Assembly (NCBI GenBank): GCA_040754495.1
Contig: JBFMCO010000051.1
Coordinates: 1-63,069, forward strand
DNA: 63,069 nucleotides
From: Candidatus Micrarchaeota archaeon
GTDB taxonomy: Archaea; Micrarchaeota; Micrarchaeia; Anstonellales; Bilamarchaeaceae
Direction: 5' to 3'
Positions 28,772-38,231 of this stretch are shown here, in pieces (the stretch's first letter is position 1; each line of letters opens with the position of its first letter). Below the pieces are notes generated by a model, which saw only the letters and a list, made by a program, of their open reading frames with translations, searched no databases and was not told the origin of the DNA. A program made the position numbers and the translations under genes.

Positions 28772-29959
28772 ATGAAAAAGGCCATACTCCTCATAATAGA
28801 CGGCCTCGGGGACCTTCCGACGCCGAAAACGCCGCTCCAGGCCGCGAAGAAGCCGAACCTGGACCGCCTCGTGCGCGAGGGCATAACCGGCATGATGAGC
28901 CCCATAGTGAGGTTCGTCGTCCCGGGGAGCGACGTCTCCCACCTCAACATACTCGGCTATGAGCCGGCGATATTCTACCACGGCCGCGGGCCCCTCGAGG
29001 CGCTCGGGCACGGTATAAAACTGCAGGATGGTGACATCGCGTTCAGGGCGAATTTCGCCACGCTGGAAGGGGAAAATATAAAAGACCGGCGGGCTGGCCG
29101 CATCGACAGCAAATCGGCCGCGGCGCTCTCGAAGCACGTCCCTCCCAGGGTGGACGATGTAGAGGTCATATTCAGGACATCGGTCGAGCACAGGGGGGCC
29201 CTCGTGCTTCGCGGCAGGGGTTTATCCAGCGCGGTCAGCCCCACGGATGCCCATGAGGGCGAGCCGGTCGGCGAGTGCCATGCCCTGGAGGACACGCCAG
29301 AGGCGCGGAGGACGGCCGGGATAGTGAACCAGCTGACGAAAATGGCTGCCGATGCGCTTTCCAAGGCACCGGAGAACAAGGGCAGGAAGCTGCCGGCGAA
29401 CGCAGTGCTCCTGCGCGGGGCCGGCCATTTCGTGGAGGTCCCGTCTTTCCACGAGCGCTTCGGGCTCAACGCCGCCTGCGTCGCAGGTGGCGCCCTCTAC
29501 AAGGGCGTCGCCAGCTTCCTTGGCATGGACGTCATGCTCGTCCGGGGCGCGAGCGGTGATCGGAACACGGACCTGGAAGCCAAGGCGAAAGCCGCGGCCA
29601 AGGCGCTCGAGACGTACGATTTCGTCTTCATGCATGTCAAGGCGTGCGACAGCGCCGGCCATGACGGGGATTTCGAGCTGAAGAAGTCGTTCATCGAGCG
29701 CATCGATAAAATCATCCCAATCCTTGAGAAGACCGGCGCCTGCCTGGTGGTGACCGGCGACCATTCCACCCCGATCAGCCTGAAGGCCCATTCCGGCCAC
29801 GAGGTGCCGCTGCTCGTCTATGGCGGCGAGCGGAGCGACGAGGTGGACCGGTTCGACGAAATCAGCTGCGCCCAGGGCGGATTGGGCCATGTCCGCGGCA
29901 AGGACATGATACACCTCATCCTCAACATAACCGGAAGGGCTCAGAAATACGGAAGCTAG
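28772..29959 (+). CDS. apgM: 2,3-bisphosphoglycerate-independent phosphoglycerate mutase (archaeal)
   Basis: IIDGLGD, PGSDVSHL, HVKACDSAGHDG, VTGDHSTP. Confidence 0.93.
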   Translation: MKKAILLIIDGLGDLPTPKTPLQAAKKPNLDRLVREGITGMMSPIVRFVVPGSDVSHLNILGYEPAIFYHGRGPLEALGHGIKLQDGDIAFRANFATLEGENIKDRRAGRIDSKSAAALSKHVPPRVDDVEVIFRTSVEHRGALVLRGRGLSSAVSPTDAHEGEPVGECHALEDTPEARRTAGIVNQLTKMAADALSKAPENKGRKLPANAVLLRGAGHFVEVPSFHERFGLNAACVAGGALYKGVASFLGMDVMLVRGASGDRNTDLEAKAKAAAKALETYDFVFMHVKACDSAGHDGDFELKKSFIERIDKIIPILEKTGACLVVTGDHSTPISLKAHSGHEVPLLVYGGERSDEVDRFDEISCAQGGLGHVRGKDMIHLILNITGRAQKYGS

Positions 29960-30038
29960 GCGCCATAATGGGCGCTAAACACACTGCCACACCCATCCAC
30001 ACCTTGTTTATAAACGCTTACTTACATATAGTGCAACT

Positions 30039-30752
30039 ATGGGTAGGGTGAGGGCGAGCCATATCTGCTGGGACCTGGACGAGACGCTGGGCTGCTTCAG
30101 GGACTATTCGTGCCTCCGTATGACGCCGGGCATCAAGCCCCTGCTGGAGGGTCTCAGGAGGGCCGGCCTTCATCATGTCGTCACGACCGCAGGCAGCGCA
30201 GAGCATGCGGACTATGTCCTGCAGGCCTCGGGGATACGGGGCCTTTTCGAAGGCATATTCGACTATACGCGCATCTGCGATGCGCACTTCAACAAATACT
30301 ACTCGATTGTCGCGTCGTCCCTTGGAATAACCCCCCTGGAGGCCCCGCACCGGATGCTCGTTGTAGGCAACCTGGAGCGGGATGCGCCGGCCGACCTCGA
30401 CCTGACATTCATAATGCACCCGATGGGCGCAAAATACAGCTCCAGGGTGTACCTGGCTGCGATAGGCGGCCTCCTGAGCGCGTCCGATTCATGGGCTGAT
30501 GCCCATGCAATAATGGGGGCCGGCAGCAGCCCCATCCCCATGGGTTATTTCGAGGGCGGGCTAATCAGCGTGGAGGGCGTCAGGCTTGCCGTCGGCAGGT
30601 CGTTCTGGAATCCGCGCCCGGGGAAAACCTCGGACCGAATCGTGGCGGTCCTAGACTCCCCGGACCGGATGAGAATAAAAAAAGAGGATTATTCGGCCTG
30701 CACGGTCCCGCTCACGGTCGCGACCGCGAGCCTGTCCGGGGCATCGGGCTGA
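30039..30752 (+). CDS. HAD-superfamily hydrolase-like protein
   Basis: Motif I WDLDETLG; VVTTAG; the later motif is degenerate (VVGNLERD). Confidence 0.65.
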   Translation: MGRVRASHICWDLDETLGCFRDYSCLRMTPGIKPLLEGLRRAGLHHVVTTAGSAEHADYVLQASGIRGLFEGIFDYTRICDAHFNKYYSIVASSLGITPLEAPHRMLVVGNLERDAPADLDLTFIMHPMGAKYSSRVYLAAIGGLLSASDSWADAHAIMGAGSSPIPMGYFEGGLISVEGVRLAVGRSFWNPRPGKTSDRIVAVLDSPDRMRIKKEDYSACTVPLTVATASLSGASG

Positions 30753-31252
30753 TCCTCGGCGAAGCGGTAGAGGACGCCGAGGCTGCCCCTGAAGTTGGAG
30801 TTAGCCGCGAGCTTCACGGCCGTGCCGTCCTCGTTCTTGCAGCCGACCTCGTCGGTTATCTGCGCGTTAGCGCTTCCGACGGTCTTGCTCTCGCCGGATG
30901 CCATCTGCACCTCGGATGCAAGAAGCTCGATGTCGGTCTTCCTTATGTTGCCCGGCGGCGCCACGCTGCAGAGGAATCCCTTCACGATTACGGATTTGCC
31001 CTGCGCATTGTCCAGCTGGAACAGCAGCCTCACGTTGTTGCCGGAATCGGCCACGAGCGTGTGGGGCTTCTGGTTGCACGTGAAGCCCGGCTGGGTGAAT
31101 TGGCAGGTCTCAGGTGCCTTCAGGGAAGGCAGGACCACGGCCACGAGTATGGCCAGCACTATGAGTATCACGAAAAGCGCGAGGCCGTACGTGATGAGGT
31201 ATTCCATCACTGCCTGGCCCTTCTTTTTCCCGAACATGTTCATCTCCTCCAT
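30689..31252 (-). CDS. Probable major type IV pilin
   Basis: KKKG|QAVMEYLITYG plus hydrophobic helix; last gene of the Tad-like operon. Confidence 0.8.
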   Translation of the reverse strand: MEEMNMFGKKKGQAVMEYLITYGLALFVILIVLAILVAVVLPSLKAPETCQFTQPGFTCNQKPHTLVADSGNNVRLLFQLDNAQGKSVIVKGFLCSVAPPGNIRKTDIELLASEVQMASGESKTVGSANAQITDEVGCKNEDGTAVKLAANSNFRGSLGVLYRFAEDQPDAPDRLAVATVSGTVQAE

Positions 31253-31256
31253 AAAA

Positions 31257-32327
31257 TCATCCTATCGCCGCGAAGAGCGACTCCACTACATTGATCACGA
31301 GCCAGTAAACGAGGAACGAGCCGGCCAGCACGAACGGGAAGTACTTCATCCCCTGGCTTTTCGAGCCCGTCCTTATCACGCTGACTATGAAAGACGATAT
31401 CAGCGCCGTCACGAATATCGTGGGCACGCTGAACCAGAAGAAATCCGCCGAGCTGATGACCGGCCCGGATATCCTTATGGCCTGCACCGCCGAGAACTGC
31501 CCGCCCACGGGCGCGCCTGCAAGGCCACCGCCGGCCGACGGCGCTATGCGCTCGAAGACCGAAATAAGCTTGGCCGCCACCGCGAAAAGGAACGGGGTGC
31601 CGACTACGGATGCGAACAGCACGAATATCTCGTAGAGCACGAGCGAGGCGGCGATTTCCTTCTTCATTATTATGGTGTTCCGGACGTCGTCTGCGGTCCT
31701 CTCCAGGACGTTCGTCAGCTCGCCTCCGGTGGCGGTCGCCTGCTTCAGGAGCAGGATGGTCCTCTTGAAGACCTTGGAATCGAACCTGCCACCCAGCGTG
31801 TCCAGGGTGCTCTCGAGGCTCTCCCCGCTGAACGAGCTCTTGATGATGGCCTTGACCTCGGTGGAAAGGAGGCCGAACTCCGGCTTGGCGGAATACCACA
31901 TCGCCTGGTCGAGCGTCATGCCCGCCTTTATGTTGGAAGCTACGAGCGTGAGGAAGTCCGGGAGCGTCGCCTCGAGCTTGTTGCGGCGGTCGTCAGCCTT
32001 CATCAGCAGGTAGCTCGAAATCAGCATCATCGTCCCGAGATAAACGGCGACGAAAGACACGACGAGCACGGCCGGGGCGAGGACGAGGTACGGCACATCC
32101 GCATACTGCGATATGAGGCCGGTCATGAACTCCGTGCTGGGCTGGTATACCATGATGAGCAGCGTGAGGACTATCGTCACGGCTATCACGTTCAGGCTGG
32201 CGTAGCCGGCGAACGAATCGGCAGGCATGTTCACGCCGGCCGTGTTGAGCTCCTGCTCCAGCTTCTTGATTCTCTCCCTGCTGAAGAAGAGCCGTCCAGC
32301 GCTTTCGAATATTATGGTCTCGCTCAT
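31257..32327 (-). CDS. Type II/IV secretion F-domain membrane protein (TadC/ArlJ-like)
   Basis: LPDFLTLVASNIKAGMTL, EFGLLS, ATGGELTNVL; multi-TM. Confidence 0.85.
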   Translation of the reverse strand: MSETIIFESAGRLFFSRERIKKLEQELNTAGVNMPADSFAGYASLNVIAVTIVLTLLIMVYQPSTEFMTGLISQYADVPYLVLAPAVLVVSFVAVYLGTMMLISSYLLMKADDRRNKLEATLPDFLTLVASNIKAGMTLDQAMWYSAKPEFGLLSTEVKAIIKSSFSGESLESTLDTLGGRFDSKVFKRTILLLKQATATGGELTNVLERTADDVRNTIIMKKEIAASLVLYEIFVLFASVVGTPFLFAVAAKLISVFERIAPSAGGGLAGAPVGGQFSAVQAIRISGPVISSADFFWFSVPTIFVTALISSFIVSVIRTGSKSQGMKYFPFVLAGSFLVYWLVINVVESLFAAIG

Positions 32328-32335
32328 TCATCCAC

Positions 32336-33223
32336 CTATATGAGGTATTTCGGCCTCGAACTCTCGATGAACCCCAGGAACAGGAACTGCACCAGGGCGA
32401 TTATCACGAACGCGATGGCCAGCAGGCCCGAAGGCAGGCCCCGCGTGCCGAGCGCGGAGAGTATCACCGTAACGAGCACTATGCCCAGCGTCGGCACGAT
32501 GATGCCGAAAACCATGTAGAACATCACGATTGGCGTGAGCTTCTGGCTGTACTCCTTGAGGGATATCATCTGCTCCTTGGATATCTGGTCCAGCACGCTC
32601 TCAAGAGAATCGCCCACGTCCGCGCCGCTCGATAGGGAGTTCGCTATCTGCATCAGTATCCTCGTGAAGTACTTCGAGGGATTGTACTGCACGACCTCCC
32701 TGATGGCCTGCGTCACAGGCACGCCGAGGACGACCTGGTCCACGATTTTCGCGAACTCCCTGCTCACCGCGCCGTAACCGCTTGAGGCTCCAACGAACGT
32801 GTCAAAGAGGGGCATGCCGGATTTCAGGGCAATGATGATATGCCTGCCGGCGAATACTATCTCGTAATCCATCTCCTTCTGGCGCCTGAGCATGCCGGCG
32901 TCCGGAAGGAGCATGAGGTAGAAGAATATCACGATGGGGATGACGAAGAGCGGCGCGACGGCCATCAAGATGAACATCGGAAGGTTCGTGGCCAGGTTCG
33001 CCTTTAGCGGCTCGAAGAGGAAAATGTATGCCAGCACCAGGAGGCCCGCGGATATCATGAGCGCGGTCGTGAAGACCTTCTCCATGAACTCGATGGGGTT
33101 GTCCTCCATGTCGGCTATCCTGAGCTTCTTCCTGAGGTCGGGGAACCTCGAGGCGAGAAGCTCGGCCACTCCGGTGAACGCCCCCCTTTTCTTCGCCTGC
33201 TTCGGCTCGGTCTCCTTCTTCAT
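32336..33223 (-). CDS. Type II/IV secretion F-domain membrane protein (TadB/C-like)
   Basis: ALKSGMPL, SSGADVGDSL, KEYSQKL; multi-TM. Confidence 0.85.
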   Translation of the reverse strand: MKKETEPKQAKKRGAFTGVAELLASRFPDLRKKLRIADMEDNPIEFMEKVFTTALMISAGLLVLAYIFLFEPLKANLATNLPMFILMAVAPLFVIPIVIFFYLMLLPDAGMLRRQKEMDYEIVFAGRHIIIALKSGMPLFDTFVGASSGYGAVSREFAKIVDQVVLGVPVTQAIREVVQYNPSKYFTRILMQIANSLSSGADVGDSLESVLDQISKEQMISLKEYSQKLTPIVMFYMVFGIIVPTLGIVLVTVILSALGTRGLPSGLLAIAFVIIALVQFLFLGFIESSRPKYLI

Positions 33224-33225
33224 CT

Positions 33226-34803
33226 CTAGCCCTCCGTTTGGCTGAAGTACTTCCTCACCATGTTATCACTTAACCCTTTCTCCTTGGCCATCAGCTCCTT
33301 CGCCTTGAATATCGCCTCGGCCTTGGAAAGCTGCTTGCGCTCGTATCTCTTGTAGTACTCGGGGTCCTTCCCGTGGAGGAAATAGAGCAGGGTGCCCTCG
33401 TCCGTCTCGTTTATCTCCTTGACGATTTCGTGCGCCTTCGCTTCCGCCTCGGGCGGCTTCTCCTCCGGCTTCTTGAATATCTCGCTGCCGGCCACTTCGA
33501 TGAGGTTCTCTATCTGCCTGCCCACTATCCCCTTGACCGCAGCGAAATCCTCCTCGTAGTTGGCCCGGACGCGCGTAAGCCTCTCCTCGACCTTCGCTTT
33601 CGTCTCCAACTCATCAGGGCCGAGCGACGCGAGAATCCTCTCCAGCTCCGCCGCGTGCTTCTTGGAAGTGAACTCCTTGTACTTGGAGAGGACCTCGGGC
33701 AGCTGCTCCACGAGCGATTCGACCGAGAACACGAAGCCCTCGAATATCTGCTTCCTCTTCGCCGCATCCTCGGTGCCGGAGATGTCGTCGTAGAACTTCT
33801 TCTTTATCGAGGCTATCTGCTTGTTGTAGGAATCTATTATGGTATCCTTGGTCTGGGACAGCTCTCCCTGGTGCGTCGAGACCATGGCCTCGAACAGCTT
33901 GATGTGCGCGTCCCCTCCGGGGGCGGCCGCCGCTGCCTTCCTGCCGCCCGCAGCCGCCTTCGGGGCAGGCCCTCCGGCAAGCATGTTCTTGAGGACGGTT
34001 ATCTGGACCTTGATTTCCTCCCTCCTGGAGGTGCTCTTCTCCTTGAAGAGCTGCTTGGTGAGGTCCAGCATCTTCTTCTTGAGCGTCATCTCGTCCGCCC
34101 TCTCGCCCACGGCGGCCCTTATCTGCTCTTCCATCTGCTCGTAGCGCCGGGACGCGGCCTTGTCCGGGCTCTCACGGAGTGACGGGGGCACCGCGGCCAC
34201 TATCATCTTCTTCTCAACCGGGGCTTCGGGCATCGGAGCGGGGCGGGGCTCGGGTTTCTCCTGCACAGGCGCCGGAGGCGCAGCCTCGTGGGGCAGCTCC
34301 ATCTCCACTGCCGGCGCCGGCTTCTCCTTCTCCAGCTCTATCGCAGGCTTCTCCGGAGCGGCCTCGGCAGTCTTCGACTCGAACTCGATCTCACGGACGT
34401 GCGGGGCCTCCTCGGGCCTGGCAGCCTCCGGCACAGGAGCCGGCGGGGCTTCCCTCTCCACCGACATGGGCTCCTTCGCGACCTCCTCCGCGGTCTTGAG
34501 CGTCTCCGTGGTCATCTCCCTCAGCTTGGATTCGACCTCGGTCGTCTCGGCCTTCGGGGCCTCTCCTCCGGGCGCGGCCGCGCCTTCGGTCGCGAGTATC
34601 CCCATGCCGACCGTGCTTATTATCTTCCGCGAGCGCTCGTACATGTTGAGGAGGTCCGCATATCCGAGGTCCACGAAATCCTTGGGCTCCAGGTCCAGGG
34701 TGCGCTCTATCGTGATGTCCCCCTCGTAGGGTGCGTACTCGACCATCTTCCGCTCGAGGCGTTTCGCCTCGTCTATCGCGCCTTGGAACTCTTCGGATGA
34801 CAC
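33226..34803 (-). CDS. Hypothetical soluble protein (Pro/Glu linker plus coiled coils) in the pilus operon
   Basis: 525 aa, co-oriented and tightly spaced between the ATPase and the membrane platform genes. Confidence 0.7.
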   Translation of the reverse strand: MSSEEFQGAIDEAKRLERKMVEYAPYEGDITIERTLDLEPKDFVDLGYADLLNMYERSRKIISTVGMGILATEGAAAPGGEAPKAETTEVESKLREMTTETLKTAEEVAKEPMSVEREAPPAPVPEAARPEEAPHVREIEFESKTAEAAPEKPAIELEKEKPAPAVEMELPHEAAPPAPVQEKPEPRPAPMPEAPVEKKMIVAAVPPSLRESPDKAASRRYEQMEEQIRAAVGERADEMTLKKKMLDLTKQLFKEKSTSRREEIKVQITVLKNMLAGGPAPKAAAGGRKAAAAAPGGDAHIKLFEAMVSTHQGELSQTKDTIIDSYNKQIASIKKKFYDDISGTEDAAKRKQIFEGFVFSVESLVEQLPEVLSKYKEFTSKKHAAELERILASLGPDELETKAKVEERLTRVRANYEEDFAAVKGIVGRQIENLIEVAGSEIFKKPEEKPPEAEAKAHEIVKEINETDEGTLLYFLHGKDPEYYKRYERKQLSKAEAIFKAKELMAKEKGLSDNMVRKYFSQTEG

Positions 34804-34813
34804 ATGCCCACCT

Positions 34814-36424
34814 TCAAACGCCGGTCTGGGCCTTGAAGTCCCAGCTCCTGCCCTTGCGCAGGGCGTCCATTATATCTTCCGGATTGGTATAATAATTCGA
34901 CACTATCTGGCCGACCTGGTCCACGTCGTCGTAACCCTTCTTCACCATCCAGTCGAGCACCGCCATCTTCTCCTCGACGTCCTCCTCTATCTCCTTGTCG
35001 CTCATGCCAGAGTACAGCGAGAGCGTCTCGGCCAGCGTCGCCATCCTCTGCACTCCCTTGAGCTTGTCGGATTTGAGGTCCCAGCGGTATATCACGCTCG
35101 CCTCGCCGCTCTTGTTTATCTCGGCGAATTCCAGCACGCGCCTGATGTTGAAGCGCCTGTGCCTGAACGTGACGACTATGCCGGAGAGGGCATCCAGCAT
35201 CTCGTGCGGGATGTTGATTGGCGGGTTGGTGAGCCTCGAAATCGTCTGCTCGGCATTGTCCGCGTGCAGCGTCGCGTATACGCTGTGGCCGGTGTGCATT
35301 GCCTCGAACATCACCTCGGCCTCCCTCTGCCGCCTGATTTCTCCGACGAGTATGCGGTCCGGCCTCTGGCGCAGCGAGTTCACCATCAAATCGAGCATCG
35401 TTACCTCGCCCTTGCCCTCGGGGTTGGCCTCCCTCACGGTCATCGGGACCCAGTGCAGGAAGGAGGGCAGCGTGAGCTCGCGCGTGTCCTCTATGGTGAT
35501 GATGCGCTGGTTCGCAGGTATCAGGCCTGCCATGGCGTTCAGGAACGAGGTCTTGCCGCTTCCGGTTCCGCCGGTCACGAGGAGCGAAAGCTCGTTCTGT
35601 ATGCAGAGCCAGATGAGCGCGGCGACATCGCTCGACACCGTCTTGGACTTTATGAAGCTCGTTATCGTCCAGGGGTTGCGCGAGAATTTCCTGATTGTTA
35701 TCGTGTTCCCGAAAGACGATATGGGAAAGAGGGTTGCATTGACGCGGTCGCCGGTGGGAAGGTGCGCGTCCAGGGTGGGGTTCAGGATGTTTATCTGCCT
35801 GCCCACCTTGCGCGCTATCATGGATGCGTAATCATAGACGAGCTCCTCGTTCTTGAGGCGGAGGTTCGTCTTGCACCAGCCGAACTTCTTGTGGTACACC
35901 CACACGGGCTCGCGGGCGTTGTTCACGGTGACTTCTTCGAGCTGCTCGTCCGCGAGCAGGGCCTCCATCTCGCCCAGGCCGAGCGTCTTCTGGAGCAGGT
36001 ATACCGCGAGGACGCTCCTCTTGTCCTCGGGCAGGGAGGGGAAGTTCCTCTGCAGTATCCTGTTCGCGGCATCCATGAACTTGGCCTTGACCTCGTCGAA
36101 TTTCTTCGGGTCGAGTATCTCGCTGATGTCGAGCTTCACCTCGGTGACGAGTTCTCCCTTGAGCTTGGTTTCCAGTATGAGCTTCGTGCCCTCGGCTATG
36201 CCGGGGATGGTAATCTCGTAGCGCGGGACGAAATCAGCCTTGCGGAATATCTTGACCTCGACCGGGAGGCCCTCGGAGCTGAACGCGTAGGCTGCGAGCA
36301 GGGCCACCTTCGGCCTCGGCTCCCTCGGGGGCGCGGCTACGGCCGGCGCCTTCTCTTCGGCCTCCTCCGGCTCGTCCTTCTCCTCCATCTTCTTCGTGAT
36401 CATTTCCTTGATGTCTTTTGCCAT
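34814..36424 (-). CDS. Type IV pilus / Tad secretion ATPase (VirB11/TadA/ArlI family)
   Basis: Walker A GGTGSGKT, IEDTREL, LRQRPDRILVGEIR, His box MHTGHSVYATLH. Confidence 0.92.
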   Translation of the reverse strand: MAKDIKEMITKKMEEKDEPEEAEEKAPAVAAPPREPRPKVALLAAYAFSSEGLPVEVKIFRKADFVPRYEITIPGIAEGTKLILETKLKGELVTEVKLDISEILDPKKFDEVKAKFMDAANRILQRNFPSLPEDKRSVLAVYLLQKTLGLGEMEALLADEQLEEVTVNNAREPVWVYHKKFGWCKTNLRLKNEELVYDYASMIARKVGRQINILNPTLDAHLPTGDRVNATLFPISSFGNTITIRKFSRNPWTITSFIKSKTVSSDVAALIWLCIQNELSLLVTGGTGSGKTSFLNAMAGLIPANQRIITIEDTRELTLPSFLHWVPMTVREANPEGKGEVTMLDLMVNSLRQRPDRILVGEIRRQREAEVMFEAMHTGHSVYATLHADNAEQTISRLTNPPINIPHEMLDALSGIVVTFRHRRFNIRRVLEFAEINKSGEASVIYRWDLKSDKLKGVQRMATLAETLSLYSGMSDKEIEEDVEEKMAVLDWMVKKGYDDVDQVGQIVSNYYTNPEDIMDALRKGRSWDFKAQTGV

Positions 36425-36434
36425 TCCATCACCT

Positions 36435-38165
36435 TCATTCTTCCCAGAGCTTCTGGATGAGCTTCTTGAGCTCCTCGCGCTTCCTGCGGAATTCCATCTC
36501 CTCCTCGCGGGTGAGCTCTAACCTCTGGCGCACCCCCTTCTCCTCCACGGGGGCACCGCCCTCGCCGCCTCCGGCCCCACCGGGCGCAGGGCCGGCTCCT
36601 GGAGCGCCACCCATCCTGATTTCGAGGAGCTTCGCCTCGCGCGAGAGCAGGGTGACGCGCTTTGTAAGGTTGTCGGACATGGTGACAAGGTCGTCCAGGG
36701 AGCCCTTTATCTCGTCCATGGTCTTCTTCTTGTCCCTTATCTCCTCGGCTATCTTGACTACGTCCTGTATCTGCCCTCCCTTGAGGGACTGCTGCAGCTT
36801 GAGGGCCTCCTGCCTTATCCCCTCCATCTGCTGGGACGATTCCTGCTTTATCCTCCCGACTTTCTGCTCCATCGCATCCAGCTGCTGCTGGTAGCCCTCG
36901 ATGGACGGGACGATGCGCTCCTTTATCTTCTGGAACGTCAGGTACGTGCTCTTCTCGTCCTGAAGCGCGGTCTCGAGCGCATCCATGTCCTTGCGCATCT
37001 GCATGGACTTCTCGTCCATCCTCTTGACAAGTTCCGAGAACTGCTTGGCCGTCACCTGCCTTCCGCCGACCGCCTCGAGAAGCTTCTCGAGGGCCGCGGT
37101 CTTCTCGGCAAGCGTTTCCTCCTCTCCCCTGAGCGCATCCAGGTCCTCCATGACCTTGTCCTGGCTCGGGAACTTCTTGAGCACCCCCTTGGCCACGTCT
37201 ACCGAGTCCCCGAGGCGCCCGATGAGCTCTACGTTCTGCTTCACCGCCGATGAGACGCCATTGGTCTTCTCGACGAGCCGGTCCGCCTCCTGCGAGAGGG
37301 CCGCGACCTCGCCGCGAAGCGTTGTTATCTTGTCCTCCTGGCCCATTATGGACTCGGCAACGCTCTTGAGTATCTCCGAACTCTCGTGCAGGCTGAGCAT
37401 GTCCTGCCGCATCTGGGCGTTCTTCGTGCGGAGCGTTACGAAATCCTTCTGGAGCGATTCGAACTTCTTCTTGATGTCCTTGACGCTCGGCATCTGCACC
37501 TCGCCAGCGCCCTCCTCCGCGGCAGCCCTCTTCCGGAGCGCCTCCATCTCCTGCTGCATGGCCGAAAGCTCCCCCCCGAAGGTCTCGAGCCTTCCCATCA
37601 GCTCCTCGCTCGGGCTCGCCGCCTTGCCTATCCCGAGGGTGCCCATCTCCTTCTTTATCCCGGAAAGGGCCGCCATGGTGTCCGCGAGCTGGGTTTCCAT
37701 GGAGCCGAGGTCGCTCCTATATTTGGCCAGCATGTCCTCCGATATGGTCTTCGACGCCGGCACCGAGGATACCATCTTCTCAAGGGAATCCATCTTGGCA
37801 TATACCTTAGCGTAGAACTCGCCAAAAGACTTCTGGAGCCCCTCGAGGTCATTGCTCTCGGCCGTGATTTTCTGCTTGAACTGCTCGACCTCTGTCTCGA
37901 GCCCCTTCTTCTCCTCGTAGAATGATTCCTTCTCCTGGGCCACTTCTTCCTCCGTGGGCTTCACCCAGAGCAGGTATATGCGCGTCAGGCGGTATTCTAT
38001 GCGCAGGATGCCCTCCTCTTCCAGCACCCTCGCCCAGTCCTCTATCGTCTCCTGGGGGATGTTAAGGACAGAAGAAGCCTCCTCGAGCTCGATCCTCTGC
38101 CTCTCCTTCGCCAGCCGGACAAGAGCGTCAACACCGGTGGTGATTAGCAGCTCGTCGAACTCCAT
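36435..38165 (-). CDS. N-terminal winged-helix plus long coiled-coil protein
   Basis: TTGVDALVRL...IEDWARVLEEEGILRIEY followed by ~450 aa of heptad-patterned helix; upstream of the ATPase. Confidence 0.7.
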   Translation of the reverse strand: MEFDELLITTGVDALVRLAKERQRIELEEASSVLNIPQETIEDWARVLEEEGILRIEYRLTRIYLLWVKPTEEEVAQEKESFYEEKKGLETEVEQFKQKITAESNDLEGLQKSFGEFYAKVYAKMDSLEKMVSSVPASKTISEDMLAKYRSDLGSMETQLADTMAALSGIKKEMGTLGIGKAASPSEELMGRLETFGGELSAMQQEMEALRKRAAAEEGAGEVQMPSVKDIKKKFESLQKDFVTLRTKNAQMRQDMLSLHESSEILKSVAESIMGQEDKITTLRGEVAALSQEADRLVEKTNGVSSAVKQNVELIGRLGDSVDVAKGVLKKFPSQDKVMEDLDALRGEEETLAEKTAALEKLLEAVGGRQVTAKQFSELVKRMDEKSMQMRKDMDALETALQDEKSTYLTFQKIKERIVPSIEGYQQQLDAMEQKVGRIKQESSQQMEGIRQEALKLQQSLKGGQIQDVVKIAEEIRDKKKTMDEIKGSLDDLVTMSDNLTKRVTLLSREAKLLEIRMGGAPGAGPAPGGAGGGEGGAPVEEKGVRQRLELTREEEMEFRRKREELKKLIQKLWEE

Positions 38166-38231
38166 GGTGCAATATAAATTAAGTATGTTAATAAACATTT
38201 TGATAATATTCTAGTCGTTTACGGTGTGCTG

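Noticed and set aside
13040-36424. Archaellum (arlB/arlI/arlJ) assignment
   Set aside because: No archaellin-type N-terminus and no ArlH/F/G. Two separate F-domain genes fit a Tad/type IV pilus better.
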